A DNA stretch of 64,000 nt, taken from assembly GCF_009914755.1 (NCBI RefSeq), contig NC_060926.1; one strand, written 5' to 3'. The notes beneath the pieces are model-generated. The model worked only from the letters and a program-made list of their open reading frames with translations, searched no databases and had not been told where the DNA came from. The translations under genes were made by a program, and so were the position numbers. Each line of letters starts with the position of its first letter. The first letter of the stretch is position 1. The stretch is from the human T2T-CHM13v2.0 reference genome, Homo sapiens. Of the stretch, positions 14,754-29,431 are shown piece after piece.

Positions 14754-15215
14754 TAAGGGAGGAGACCACCCCTCATATTGTCTTATGCCCAATTTCTGCC
14801 TCCAAATAAAGAAAAAGTGAAAACTGAAAGGCAGAAATGAAATCCACAAGCAGACAGCCCGGCACCACACCCTGGGCCTGGTAGTTAAAGAACAACCCCT
14901 GACCTAATCGATTATGTTATCTATAGATTACAGACATTGTATAGAAAAGCACTGTGAAAATCCCTATCCTGTTTTGTTCCGATCTAATTACCGGTGCATG
15001 CAGCCCCCAGTCACGTACCCTCTGCTTGCTCAATCGATCACGACCCTCTCACGCACACCCCCTTACAGCTGTGAGCCCTTAAAAGGGACAGGAATTGCTC
15101 ACTCGGGGAGCTTGGCTCTTAAGACAGGAGTCTTGCCGATGCCCCCGGCCGAATAAACCCTTTCCTTCTTTAACTCGGTGTCTGAGGAGTTTTGTCTGAG
15201 GCTCTTCCTGCTACA
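14754..15215 (+). mobile_element. LTR2-family (HERV-E) solo LTR
   Basis: Begins taagggaggagaccacccctcatattgtcttatgcc, ends cctgctaca; AATAAA at about 15152; 4-bp TSD gttc (14750-14753 and 15216-15219). Confidence 0.93.
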
Positions 15216-15624
15216 GTTCAATTTTGCATTAGTTATTCTAGAGCTGGAGGGTAGCTTTCCTCTTTACAAGCATAACAGTGAGTGGACTTTACAGATAATG
15301 CCACCTCAGCATTTATAGATTTACCACATGGATACTAAAACATACATTCCAAACTCCTGACCCACTAAAGTTTAACACTTGCCAAGCAGTCTCTCTCCCT
15401 ACGGTTGCCACATAACACAGAGTGGTCATTAAATCAAAGGAATTTTAAGTGATATTTATTGTTATACACAGTTTAGCTGACCTTATGGGATAGTTTACAC
15501 AAAGCATGCCAGGAGAACTCCCATGTTACTAGTCTGCTAGTGAAGTTTCCTTCCATGGTAGGGGTGGGGATAAAGGAGGTATAGCATGGCTAGAAACCAG
15601 TGTTTCTTCCTTTTTTGTTTTTTA

Positions 15625-16545
15625 AAATTATTAATATTATTTTTGATTGACCAATCATAATTGTATGCATTTATGGGGTATAATACAGTGTTTTGATATA
15701 TGTATACAATGTGGAATGATTAAATCAAGCTCATTAACATATCCATCACCTTGCTTATCTATCATTTTTATGGTGAGATATTTCAAATTTAGTCTTAGTT
15801 ACTTTGAAATATACATTATTATGGATTATAGTCACTCTGCTGTGCAATTGGTCTCAAAACCTATTCCTCCTGTCTATCTGAAACGGTGCACCCTTTGATC
15901 AACAACTCCCATTCCTTCCCTATTCACCAGCACCCACCCCACAGCCTCTGATAACCACTGTTCTACTCTCAATTTCTAAGACTTCAACTCTTTCAGGTTC
16001 CACATTTAAGTGAGATCATGTGGTATTTGTCCTTCTGTACCTGACTTATATTTCACTTAGCATAGTGTCCTCCAAATTCATCCATGTTGTTACAAATGAC
16101 AGGATGTCCCTTCCTTTTTTAGGGCTGAATAGTATTCCACTATGTATAGACACCACATTTTCTTAATCCATTCATCTACTGATGGACACTTAGATTGTTT
16201 CCTTCTCTAAGCTATTGCGAATAGTGCTGCAATGAATATGAGAGTGCAGGTATCCCTTTAATATATTGATTTGAGTTCCCTTAGATATATGCAAAGAAGT
16301 GGGATTGCGGGTTCATATGGTAGTTCTATTTTTAGTTTTTAGAGGAAACTTGAATACCTTTTTCATAACAGTTGTATTAGTTTACATTCCCATTAATAAT
16401 GTATAAGAGTTCTCTTTTCTCTCTATCCTCACCAACACTTATCTTTCATCTTTTTGATAATAGCTATTATAACAGGCATGAAGTGATAACTCTTTGTGGT
16501 TTTAATTTGAATTTCCTCAATGATCAGTAATGCTAAGCATTTTTC
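15625..16545 (-). mobile_element. L1MA/MB 3' portion
   Basis: ttccacatttaagtgagatcatg; ggctgaatagtattccac; gatggacacttagattg. Confidence 0.85.
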
Positions 16546-16759
16546 CCCAGAAATGACAAATATCTGGGTTATCCAACAAGCTTATTTTATTCCTCATGGA
16601 AATTTACTATATTTATCTAATCCCTGATTCCACTAGGGCTAAATGTCATAAATATCTCATTTATTCAGGACTTCACTTCCCCCATTAATACAAGAAAAAG
16701 AGAGAGCTATACTATCATATATTTATTAATTCATTCACATGTTTGAATATCTTCACATT

Positions 16760-17440
16760 TATTAATTTATACAACAACTATTAATACGGTTTTATTTCCT
16801 TCAGTGCCAGGAAAGCAAGGTGAGTAAAACAGAATAGTGGTTAAGGAGATACAGTCACATAAGGGAAGCAGACTTTCCAATAAATATCTCTACACTGGAG
16901 GCAGATACATATTCAGAAATGGCACTGTGGAAAGAGTGAAGGGCAGCAGTGGGACAGGACACTGCTTGGAGAAAGTGGCACGTGGGTTTCAAGGGGTGGG
17001 AAGTTGTTTGGCATGCTTCTAAGCAAGGAAGAGCTGTCTAGAGTGAGGGACACAAACAATGCAAGGGCATTAGACCATACAGTGGATTTGGGAGAACTCA
17101 AAGGAGTCTCATACTGTGCAGAGGGGGCCGAAGAGGTAACCAGGAGCAAGGCAACAAGTTAAGACTTTGTCCTGAAGGGGATGAACAACAGGATGGAGTG
17201 AGAGAATTGAATAGCAATGAGGGCAAAGTTGAGAAGATAAATTTAGAAGGGAAAAATGATAATACCTGGTAACTAACTGGGCATGGGATTGAAAGACGAG
17301 ATCAGGATGCAGCTCATATTTATGGTTTGGGATCACAAGTGCATGGTGAAGCGATGGGGTCAAAGAACAAGAATGAAAACGGAGGAACAAGGAGTGAGGT
17401 GGGGATGAGAAATATTGAATTCAAGAGGGAAGTTGTTTCC
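16760..17440. mobile_element. L2 fragments
   Basis: Degenerate L2 3' motifs (tagaccatacag, aagactttgtcctgaaggg). Confidence 0.55.
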
Positions 17441-18089
17441 TCTATCAAGAAAGCAAAATAAATCAGTGAGGAGGCCTGTCACTGGAATAAAAATTTTGTT
17501 TTGTCAGCATAGCAATGTCCTGCATATCTTTTTTTTTTCTCTTCTGGTTTATGTAGAAGAAATGAAGGAATTCTGGAGGATTTTCAGAAGACTGGGAAAT
17601 GAGTTTTTCTCATCTGAAATACTTGGAGGCAGCCAAAGTGAGATAGAGGGGAAGCCACTGCTGATGAGTGGCCCACAGGCTGAAGGAAAACTGCTGAAAG
17701 GCCGATGGTGCCGTGCTCCAAGGGATGATTAAAAAACTTAGCAATCTAATTACCATCTGTGTGTGAGGCTCAGTTTGAGATAAGTGCAAAAACATTTCAG
17801 GAACAGTGAGAAAGGCAAAGGTCCCTTTAACTATGAGATTTGCTCTCAGTCACAAAGGCTTGGTGTAACATTAAGAGTCCTGTTTTAATAGAATTCTATT
17901 TTTTATTTGAAAAATGAGAAAAATAGGCTTATACATGCCTTACTGCCCCTGGAATAAGCAAAAAGACAAGAACAGAAATTCTGATAAACTGAGAGGTTAA
18001 GTTTGTTTTATTTTAAAGCTTGATTTTACAAAGCAGAATTTAGGATTTAAAAGGAAATATCATTACATGTATATACATAAAATTTACTT

Positions 18090-18780
18090 TGTAGTAGAAG
18101 TTCTCTTAATCAGCCTCAGCTAATCAGCAGATAAGCCAATATTCTGATCCTCTCTGTAAGAATCCTGACCCATGCTGCAGCTGTTTGTTTGCTCTATAGA
18201 ACACCCTGGCCCTTGGCACCTCCCCCCCACCGCCCCCGTTGAGCTGTGTACTTAATTACCGAGAATATTTGTTCCTCATTCAACTCTACTGTTATTTTAT
18301 ATGCACTGTACTTAAATATTCCACAATCTGAACAATGTGATTGCAAAAAGAGTCGAATGCTTTAGAAAGACTTAATAAAGACAAATTACTTTTAAAAAAT
18401 CAATTAGGTTGAGTGAGACAGCTATAAATGACCAAAAGGAAAAGTAAACATCTAGATGGAATATATATTCAGATTTTTTTTTTTTTTGCAAACAACTTTT
18501 GGTTCTCGTTCTACTTCATAGAAATGAAAACTGGAAATCACAGATAATGTATTCTAAGTATGACCTAAGCAATAAAGACCATGTAGAACTCCAGTCATAG
18601 GACCTAAGTTGCAAAACCCGTATTTTTATATTAAAGATTTTCATGTGAATATGTTTATATTTTAACAAAATGTTTTATTATTTTACACAAAGGTGTGCAC
18701 TTTATGTCATTCACCTTAGCCAACATTTGGATTACCTGTCCACCTTGACAGGTAATCTACAGATGAGAGAATATCTGCTC
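18090..18780 (+). mobile_element. Tigger/pogo-family DNA transposon fossil
   Basis: aatgctttagaaagacttaataaa (NALERLNK) and ttaggttgagtgagacagctata resemble the CENP-B-like HTH of Tigger transposases. Confidence 0.5.
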
Positions 18781-21700
18781 AACTACTTTGTCCATCCACT
18801 CATATAGCATCAATTATCATCAAAATACTGATGTCTCCAAAATCTGTATCTCTAGGACAGATTGCTCTTCTAATTTAAGATAGACTGCATATTGGATCTC
18901 CCCACTCCCAACCTGCATCTCCTTATGCATTTCTTGTCTCTAGGGGCCCAATATCACCCACATGTAAGCTTCATCTCTGATTTCCTCTTCACCCACCATT
19001 GCCACTGCAGCATCTGATCAATTCCTGAGGGGTGTGTGTAAGCAAGGGGGAATGTGGATTCTTATTTGTTAAGAACCCTTCACGTCTATGTAGTTCTATT
19101 TAGCCACACTGCCACTGTCCTATTTCCAGCCATTGTCAACTCTCTCCTGGAATCCTGCAACAAGCTCCTAATTGATTTCTCTGCTTCAACCTTCTTCCAA
19201 TTCAAATATTTTAATTAAAATTGTGGTTGCCTCCTTTGAATGGGTCAACTTCTCTTCTGTTCCCACCAGCTTCTCACTTACAGATCTACCTGTTCCCTGG
19301 AGACTTTGAAGATTTTGACCCTTTGTGTCAGAATAAAGTCTAGACCTAGCATAAAACTTAGTCAGTGTGTATCCAGCTCACCTCTCCAGCATAGTTTCTA
19401 CTGCATCCCGTTATTCTAGTTACTCTGAATAGAAAATGGTCATAATATACCCTGCTTTTTCCTATCTTCCAACCCATGAACATTCATTTCCCCTGCATGG
19501 CCAACACCTGATTTATGGATTTAAAAACACGGCAAAGGAGAGCAAGCTATAGAAAGGTAGAAAGGCTACAAACTTTCTCCTCAGACAAGGCATTAGAATG
19601 GCAACCCCGCATTAGGAAGCCACAGAAATTAGCACCTATCTGTGCAGAACCCATGCATAGCCTGAATCTACCATTGAATTTGCTTTAGAATAAACTTCTC
19701 CATTAGGTAACCAAGTTAAGGGCACTATAACCTTGCCTGCTGGCTTTGCATCAGTTTTTCACATCACTGCAATGAAAAAGCTGACAACGGTCTGGTGTTG
19801 TGTGGGTCATCAACATGATGTGTCATGGCAACACTTATCCAACCGACTGCTTTGTCAAAAGTTACAGGAAAACAGAGAAGAGGCAGATACTTGGTGACAA
19901 CTCGTCCTAGGGCAAGATAAGATGTATTACAAAGTCACTTTAAAATATTGAAGATGTAAATTACCTTTTTTTCAATATAGAATGTAAAAACTAGTTTTCT
20001 TCGTTCTAAGTATGGGCAGCAGTTGTGTATCTGCCCAGTAGAGGGAGGTCTCTCACCTGCTTACAAAAATAGCATTCAATACATAGTCATGCTCAAATGT
20101 GCAGGAAAAAAAAAAGATTTCAAAAACTTGAAAAAGGTTTGAAATAAAATCATGCCAAGGATTATTGGCATGATAATGGGATGCAGAAGAAACTAGTGGA
20201 GAGGTGAGCTGGGTACACATTGAATAGATTGTATGCTGAGTCTAGACTTTATCCTGACATAAAGGGTTATAATCTTAAAAGCCTACAGGGAAGAGGTAGA
20301 TCTGTAAGTGATTGAAACAGCTGGCAGGAACAGAAGAGAAGTTGACCCACCCCAAGGACGGTTATTGGTGACTTGAAATCTGACTAAGATAACAAACAGA
20401 AAAGGAAAATAGATCATAGTAATACTCCTGGAGATTATTACGAAGTTCTCTTTGGTCCAGACTGCCTGACTTATAGAAAGATGTTAATATATGGCCCAGT
20501 CTGAGCATGGAAAGTCTAGTGAAAAACTCAGGGTCTCCATCCTGAGCAGTTAAGCTAGTGAGATATAGAAGATGTCTACCTTCAAAGATGGAGGTGGTTG
20601 ATCACATTATTTTGCTATAGAATACATCCTGTGAATAAACATTTTGAGTGATAACAAGTGATCCAGTGAATAAAGATTTTGACTGATAACATCTCAACTA
20701 GAACCCAGGATTCTGAACCTACACAACCTACAGAACCCCACATTCAATATGAAGAACAGGCCAAGCAAACACAGGCTCTTTTCTGCTCCAGTCATGTGAC
20801 TTCTTTAACATGGTCTCCTGATAATTAGGCTGACTTCAGGGAGTTCCAAACCAAAGTTTAGAACAAAACAAGGCAGTGGCTTTCCTAGTTCTTTCCCCCA
20901 AAAGATAAAACTCTAATCCAACCATTAGGTGCCATGCTTCTCTGATGACAAATAAAGGTGAGCCAAACAAACAGTAAGCCCATGGAAAACACACCTTCAA
21001 AATAGCAGGGAAATCACTGCTCCCTAAACATGGGGCAGAGCTTGTCCAAGCCACTAGGTGCCACCGCACAGCAGCACAAATGGACTTTTCATAGTCTTAT
21101 TTAAAGAAAGTGTTTCAGAACTGAACCAAAAATTGGATAGGGTCTAACACATGAAATGAAAACTACAAATAAAAGTAGTAATATTGCCAAATGCCTATAT
21201 GGTACTTGCTATGCCCTAGGCTCTATTCTGAGAGCTTCTCTCATACTGACTCATTTGCTCTTCAGCATCCCTGTGGTACTGTTATTTCCATCTTCATGTT
21301 ACAGTTGAAGAAACTGAGTCACAAAATAGTTATTTTGCTAGTAAATGATAGGGTCAAGATTGGAACGCAAGTGTCTGCTTCCTGAGTCCTTGATTCTGGA
21401 TGGCTAAGCCAGGAGAGATCCAGAATTGTGACATTTCTCTAAATAAGTGCATCTTTCATTTAAATGTCTACAAAATGTAGCATTGTCTCAACCAGAAAAC
21501 TGTCCTCCAACTCGACTCTTACAGTTACATATAAATTACATTTATTAGCAATGTAGTATATTTAGTAAAGTTTGATGTAGTAAAGTAGGAGAGGCTAGGT
21601 CCTGTGAAAGTTTTAAAGTAGCTCTGAAGCCAGGTCCTCAGAGCTGCAAGAGCTTTGTTGGAGAACCTGAGAAGAAGGTCCTGGAGAGCCACAGGAGTGA

Positions 21701-21782
21701 ACTCACTGCTCAGACTCAGGGCCTCCGTGCAAGCACCATCTCTTGCTCCATAGGCCAATAACATTCTTGCTGACCACCCTAG

Positions 21783-22140
21783 ACCAAGGGTTGGCAAACT
21801 ATTTCTGCAAAGGTCCAGCAAGCTTTGCAGACCATTCCGGCTCTATGGCAATCACTCAATCTGTCATTGTAGTGCTAAAGCATGTACAGCTAATACATAA
21901 ATGGATAGGCATGACTATGTTCCAAGAAAACTTTATTTATGAACATTGAAGTTTGAGTTTCATATAATTTTCATGTATTAGAAAATATTATTCTTCTTTT
22001 GATTTGTTTCAACCATTTAATTTGATTTTTGATATGTTACAAAAATTTTGATCTGTTACAAAACTATTCTCAGCTCATGGGCTGTACAAAGACAGGCAGG
22101 CATGATTTGGCTCTGGGGCCATGGTGCGCCTACCTTTGTC
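21783..22140. mobile_element. MER58B (hAT-Charlie)
   Basis: ggttggcaaact TIR; ccaagaaaactttatttatgaaca; ttcatataattttcatg. Confidence 0.8.
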
Positions 22141-22259
22141 CTTCATGGAAATCAGGAAGGAGGAGGTGACAGATGGGGAGGAAGAAGCCTGAGCGCCACC
22201 TACAGGCCAGAAAATCTAATGTTACTCCCAGGATAACCATTTTGGAAAGTCAAATCATT

Positions 22260-22430
22260 TCTGTGGTTCCCAACCGTGGAAATACAACAGAATTATCCAG
22301 GGTGCTTGTTAGAAATACAAATTTTTAGGCTCCACTGCCAGAAATTCTGATTCAGTCATGTGGTTAGGTGAGGAATCTATTATTTTTAAAGCAGCTCATT
22401 GATTTAGGCAAGAGGTCTTCAAAATGTGGT
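22260..22430. mobile_element. MER5A-like
   Basis: gtggttcccaac...cttgttagaaatacaaat...ttctgattcag. Confidence 0.65.
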
Positions 22431-22699
22431 TTGCACTCTGGGGAAGTATAGATATAGCCACTAAAGTATGGGAAGAAAATAGTAGAACTGCTTTCTATAT
22501 AATTATTTGTCAATAAAAAGCAAGAAGAAAATGAAGTTTTATAAATACTTCTCACATAAGTTGACACTGGCTCCTTCACTGGGTCTGTGTGTCAGTGGTC
22601 ATTGATCACAAACAATACATGAGGAAATTCTACAATGTGGAGGAACTGGTAGAGGCACCTTCACTCCTGTTTCCTGTCAGTGTACTACATAAGAAAAAA

Positions 22700-24110
22700 G
22701 GCCAGGACCAAGAATGACTGAGACAATTCTGAAGAAGAAAAAAGGAGATTTATCTACCAGATCTCAAAACTCATCATAAAGCTATGTTAATTAAGATTGT
22801 AGTAATGGTGCAGGGATAGACAAATAGGTCAGTGGAATAAAATAATCATGTAAAAGATGATGGACTACTCAATCCATGATACTGGGGAAACTGGTTACCT
22901 CTAAATGAGAAATGAATGTAGATCCCTAATTCACTTCATCAATAAAAATGAATTATAGGATAAATAAAGTATGAAGAATACAAATATTAAACTTTCAGAA
23001 GAAAATATCTTTTTGGTTTCAGAATAAGGTAAGATTCTTAAATAAGACATAAAAAGCATGAATTGTAAGGGGAAGGACTGATAAATCTGACTCCTCTAAA
23101 AGAAAAACGTATTTATGTTAAACAAGAAGCATCACAAACGTAATTAAAATTCAAGCCATGAAGCAGGAGATTTACAAAGTATATAACCAATAAAAGATTG
23201 TAGCTAGAATTTGTAAAGAATTACCACAAATCACTAGAAACAAACAAAAATACGCAGTAGGGGGAAAAGGAAAACAATAGGAATGGGTAACTCATAGAAG
23301 AGGAACTTACAGCTAAAAAGCCAATAAATACAGGGAAAGATGTTTAATATCATTAATATCAGGGAAATGTGATTTCAAATAACAAGATACCAAGTCATAT
23401 ACCAGATTGTGACTAGATTAAAATAGCTGATAATATCATGTGTTGTCAAAGATTGGGAGATAAGGGAACCCTCCTATGCAGATGCTGAGAGTGTAAGCTG
23501 GTATAACAATTTCAGACAGAAATTTAGCAATACTTGTTAAAGTTGAAGAGGCACAAACCCACAGCCTCAAATTCAACTTCTGGAAATATACCCTAGATAA
23601 ATTCTCATACATGTTCCAAAAGAAGATATATAGAAGAATTTTTCGTAGCAGCACTGTTTGTAACAGAAAAAAAATAGTTAAACATAAACGTGCATGAAAG
23701 GGAGAATGAATAAACTGTGGTCTATTAGAAAGGACTTTTTAAACTGAGTGAATCAGAGTGACATGTGTTAGCACAGATAAACATCTAAAAACATAATGTT
23801 ACTGAGAAAAGGCAAATTGCAGAAAGACACATGCAGTTTTAAAACAGGAATAATAATGCCAGACATTGTTTATGGAAGTGTGCATATGTGGTAAAGTAAA
23901 AACATGCAAAAGAATGATAAATTCAGCAATAATTCAGGATGATGATTGGTTCTCTGATGAGAGAAGAAGAGATAGGAAAGAAGGAGGGGATACAAGGTGT
24001 CCTGTCTATGTCTGTTAGACACCTAATAGGGTTGAGTTTTCTTTGTAATGTAATTCTGTGTACTTTTTAGTATGAGTAAACTGTTGTAATAAGGAGGGTT
24101 TAAAAAAAGA
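22700..24110 (+). mobile_element. L1ME-type ORF2 end and 3'UTR
   Basis: cataaagctatgttaattaaga; gggatagacaaataggtcagtggaa; atataccctaga. Confidence 0.75.
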
Positions 24111-24267
24111 ATAGAGTTAGATATAAGGTCACAAATTTTTAATCAAATACCAGAATGTCCTAAGCTTTAGTAGTGAACTGGGGTGGAGAAAGTTTCAGAC
24201 AGATTTTGTCACCAACCAATAGATTCAAGAAATAAGGGGCTGCGCTGAGGTGACTGACACTTACAAT

Positions 24268-24396
24268 GAGATCAACCCATCCTAATTTGCCCCAGACAGT
24301 CCTGGTTCATGTATGTTGCCTGGTGTGATTATTAATAGTTGTTCCTTTCCCTTTCAAATGTGCCTCACTTTGGAAGATCAATGATATGGTCTCCTG
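24268..24396. mobile_element. MER94 (hAT-Blackjack)
   Basis: catcctaatttgccccagacagtcctgg...attattaatag...atatggtc. Confidence 0.65.
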
Positions 24397-25654
24397 AATG
24401 ATAAATCACTGTGGCTGATGAGGCAGGCTATGAGTGTTGGATTCAGGGGCTTGTCTGGTAGGAGACAAGCTCATTAGAGACCTCATTAGATGAATAAAGA
24501 GCTACACTGAGGAGAAGTTAAAAAGAATATGGATAGTAGCCAGTCTTCAACTGATCTTTTATCTGAAAACTGAAGACCTCAGGGGTCTCACCTTTTCTTT
24601 AGAACCATTCCAGTTTAGAATACAGGTCTGCGATCTTCTCATCTTCTCAAAGACACACCTGATGGAGTAAAAAGAATTACAGAGTTAAGATCACAAACCT
24701 GGCTGTGGACAAAAATCACCTGGGGAGCCTTGAAAGACAGATTCTTGGGTCCTAACACCAGATTATTGATTTGAAATCTGTAGAGTTGTGGCCACAGAAT
24801 CCATACATTTTTTTAAACTCTACAAGTTACTTTGGTTCACAGACCCATGGAATTTTTTAATAAATACCAGAGCTCTCGCAGTTGTGCTATTTTAAATAGC
24901 TTACGGGGAACTAAAATCTTGTTTACATTAAATTTAAATCCTTATATATCTGACATAACCTGTCTTCATCTCTTGCCTTAATAATTTTCTAGCCTCATTA
25001 TTCACAGCTTGCAGTCAATCTTTCTCTTGGCTGGGTGGAAGTGGATGGGGGTCTGTGACTAAGATCAAGAGAAGGCTGGGACCCAGAATCGGAACAGGCT
25101 TGTCATGGTCCCTTCTAGCAGCCATAAGGACACAGAAGACAATGCCAGACCAAGGAGTGTTCAGTTATTGTGCTGATCCCACACCCCCATGAGAAACTCT
25201 AGTCTTGGTTAGTTAGTGGATAAAACAGATGCCAGTGGGCTCCTGCTTTCTGGAGGAGGCATGCCAGAATGAACTTCCTTTTCTGAAGCCTCATGCTGGT
25301 TCCCGCTGGGTTTTTGTCTAAGAGGGTGGGCTGAAAATTAGAGAAAGAAAATTGTCTCAAGCTGTAGTAAAACTTACTGAGAAATGCTAAAGAATAATGT
25401 TTTGCATTTCCTGCTCTTAATTTTTTTGTTTGGTTTGGTTTTAGTTGTTCTTTATTTAGTTTCATTTTTTTTCTCCTAGAAAAGCATCTTTGGATTTGGC
25501 CAAGGGTTGCTGGATTTACTTTTTAATATACTGAAATACTGGAAGATATCTGTATACAATGAGAATGTGACTGGCTGGGTGTGTCGCAGCCAACAATAAA
25601 GGGTATACACTACTGAGCACTAGCTAAGCTTAGGTAATGGCCTTGCCAGCTTGA

Positions 25655-25960
<306 letters not shown>

Positions 25961-28763
25961 AGTTTGAATTTTTAATTCATTGGCACTGGATTCTTGAGGA
26001 CCCGGGTAATATTGTGTAACATACATGAGCTCCTAGAAATTGTTCTCATCGAATTGTCTGGGAAATAGTGTAAGTATAAAGTTAGACATATCTTGGTAAT
26101 AATTTTTAGATATCTCATCTAATTGGATTTTCTCATTCCCTTGTTTAACTCTCTTTTGGGAGAGAAGGTTTTGGGGATAGGGAGAGTGTTAAACCATAAA
26201 TACCTTCATCTCCCAAAGGCCTCTGAGAATTGAGGTCAGGCTAGAAATCTATCAGAAATTTATCTTATCATGTCCTAAAAGAATCCTTTGTCACTGGCCT
26301 GATCAAGCTGATTGATGATCTCCTACATGTGTAATTTTCAACCTTCATTGAATATCAGATGATGTCTAAAAGTTCCCCCAGGGGAACATTAATGTTCCAC
26401 CCACACCCAGCATAATTAAAAGATAATGCCTGGAGAGGGGGTCTGGACATCAGTGGTTTGCTATTGCAAACCACTGATATAAAGTTCCCAGGCATAGGAT
26501 GACTAAACATTCGGTATGCCTGAAACTGAGGGGTTTCACTTCCAAAGCTAGAAAAATCCTGCCCAAATCAGGATGAGTTAATTACCCACAAAGGAGGTGA
26601 GACTCCCATTAGGACTGTTGCTTCCTGGCTCTGTCTTACTGCACCCTAATGGGGATAAATCTCTGGGCTCTGCACTCAGTTAATAGACCTTGCCAATCTC
26701 TCACACTGATGGGATTCATAACTACTGTTGATGGAAAAGAAAATTGTTACCTGGAACCTTCTAATATTGTTAATTATAACCTAACAAAAGGATATGAGCA
26801 AGATAATAGAAGATGCAACAAACATGCCCTAAGAAGATGGAAAAGAGAAAGTGGCTCTACACTGCTTGCAACCAGGGAGCAATGGCAAAACCTTTGAGCT
26901 CACATGAAAAGAAAGGTGATAAGGAGGGATTTCAAAAACAACACTCTCCTATTAGTCAATCTTTCTTATTCTATTTTTTTCTTATTCCTTATTATGAAGA
27001 GATTAGTGACACCCTTCACAGTATCAGATGCTTTGCCTCCCCTCTGGATGTTCCTCCTCTTGGGAGAGCCAGCTTTTGTCTTTTTCCAGGTGTTACATCC
27101 TAAAATGTCCTGTGCAGGCAGCTAGTGAGAACATCAGCTTGTTTATGTGGTAGAGTCAGCACTGTTGCCATCCCTGGGCACCTTAGTCTGAGTCACTTGG
27201 TCTTCCCTGAAGCAAGGCTGGACTGTGTGGAACTTACTGCACTTCAGTGTAAAGGACATTTGGGTGTATAGAAGAGGTTGCCTGATTTTTGAGTGTACCA
27301 ATGGTAGGTAGATTTATTTACAATGCAAATGTACTTGGGATGAAGGTGAGCTAGACAAGGTACCCAAATCTAGAGGTGAAGCTCATGCAGTAGACAGCTC
27401 ACACCTGCCTTGGAGTACAGCCCTCTGCCCTTTAGAATAAAGCCTTTATGAGGTCTTATTTGCTTATTTACATCATCTCTTGTGAATTAGATATATTTGT
27501 CTAATATTGGTATCTTCTGGGCATTGGGAAAGGAATCTTCTTGGTATGGAGAAGTTCGAATCCCCTGGATCCACCTGGTGGATTTCCCAGTGCTCACGAA
27601 CATGTTCTTTATGCCACAAAATGTCAAAATTAAACCCTGCAGAGCAAATAATTATGAAACATGGAAAAGGATGCATTTGTAGACTCATTTCTGTTTTCCT
27701 AAAAATACCCCTTCCACTTAAAGGATCTGAGTTGTTAGAATGATAGAAAAAGACTGAACTGGGAGGAGATTAGGCAATGGGGTGGAAAGTTGTAAACTAC
27801 CTAAACTTTTATGTAAATTTCCTTTTAGCTAGACTTGAGATATCATATGGCCTGATCCTGTGATAAGTGCAGAAATTGATAAAGCTTCCTTGTTTCAAAT
27901 ATGGCCCATCTCTGTCCTCCACCTTGAGGGTTCTTTGTTTGGAAGGCCACACTCCTGGGAGAAAAGGAGTCTTGGAAGTACTGACAGAGATAAACAATAC
28001 TTCTTGAGTTTGTATTACATGTTAGACTGTTTTTAAAATGTTATCACCCCCACTTTACAGAAGGAAGCTGAAACACAGAGAAGGGGAAAAAATCCCCACA
28101 GTGGCACAGCCAAGAAGTTCAGACTCAAGTTCAGACTCAGGCAGCTCCTGACTTCTGAGCTCATCAGGCTCTTGCTAGACCCCAGGGCCCTGCCTTAGCA
28201 GTAGAGCATGAATTCATCCACTCAGAGTGAAGGGAGAGAGGTTGACCAATCTGGTAAACACTTGAAATAATGAGAATGAAGGGGATGAGTGAAGGGTGAG
28301 ATGGGGAGGGTGAGAGACCTAGCCAGTAATGGTTAAAAATCTTGTGGGGCAGCAGCATTGGAGAGCAGGGATTTGTAGGAGCACCAATCTGCACATTTGG
28401 GTGATTTTTGTTTTTCATCAGTGACCTATACATATTGAGACAAAGAAGATAAGCAACTAGGCTTCTCCAGACCAGTACATAGCCAGATGGTGTACATCTC
28501 AACAAAAATGGGGCTTTTATACTAGGATAGAGAGTGGTTTTAAAGCAGCAATGAGGGGCTTGTAGAATGCAGACCTCACCAGGTCCTGTGCTTTGTGTAA
28601 CGTGGGGAATGGGCAGCCTCCAACCCACAGGGTTGCAAGGAGAAGCTCCACCCTAGTCAGATTTCCATTACAACAAGATGTTGAATAAACCCCCAGGGAA
28701 GAAGTGAGTAATTGTTTCTTACCTTATAGTGCGGCGTACATAGAGCTTAACAGAAAGCCTTGT

Positions 28764-29431
28764 GTCTTAGTCCATTCATGCTGCTATAATAACTACCCTA
28801 GACTAGGTAATTTTTTTTTTTTTTGAGACAGAGTCTTGCTCTGTTGCCCAAGCTGGAGTGCAATGGCGTGATCTAGGCTCACTGCAACCTCCGCCTCCTG
28901 GGTTCAAGTGATTTTCTTGCCTCAGCCTCCTGAGTAGCTGGGATTACAGGCACCCATCACCGTGCCTGGCTAATTTTTTGTATTTTTAGTAGAGACGGGG
29001 TTTCGCCATATTGGCCAGGCTGGTTTTGAACTTCTGACCTCAGGTGATCCACCTGCCTCTGCATCCCAGAGTGCTGCGGTTACAGGTGTGAGCCACCATG
29101 CCGAACCCAGACTAGGTAATTTTTAAAGAACAGAACTTGTTTTCTCATAGTTCTGGAGACTAAGAAATCCAAGATCAAGGCACCGGGAAGTTTGGTTGTC
29201 TGGGGAGGGCCAAATCCTCCAGAGATGAGGAGTGCTCTGTCCTCAACTTGGTGGAAAGAGAAAGGGCCAGGCAGACAGTAAAATGCCAGGTGAAGCCTCT
29301 TTTATAAAAGCCTTAATGTCATTAATGAGGAAGGAGCCCTCATGGTCTAATCATCTCTTAAAGGCCCGCCACTTGATAATATCACATTGGCAACACCTGA
29401 ATTTTGGAGAAGACACATTTAAACCACAGCA
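28764..29431 (-). mobile_element. MST/MLT1A-type LTR with nested Alu
   Basis: tgtcttagtccattcatgctgctata...ttctcatagttctggagac...aaaccacagca. Confidence 0.8.
28812..29109 (-). mobile_element. AluS nested in the LTR
   Basis: Full Alu; TSD agactaggtaattt. Confidence 0.95.
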
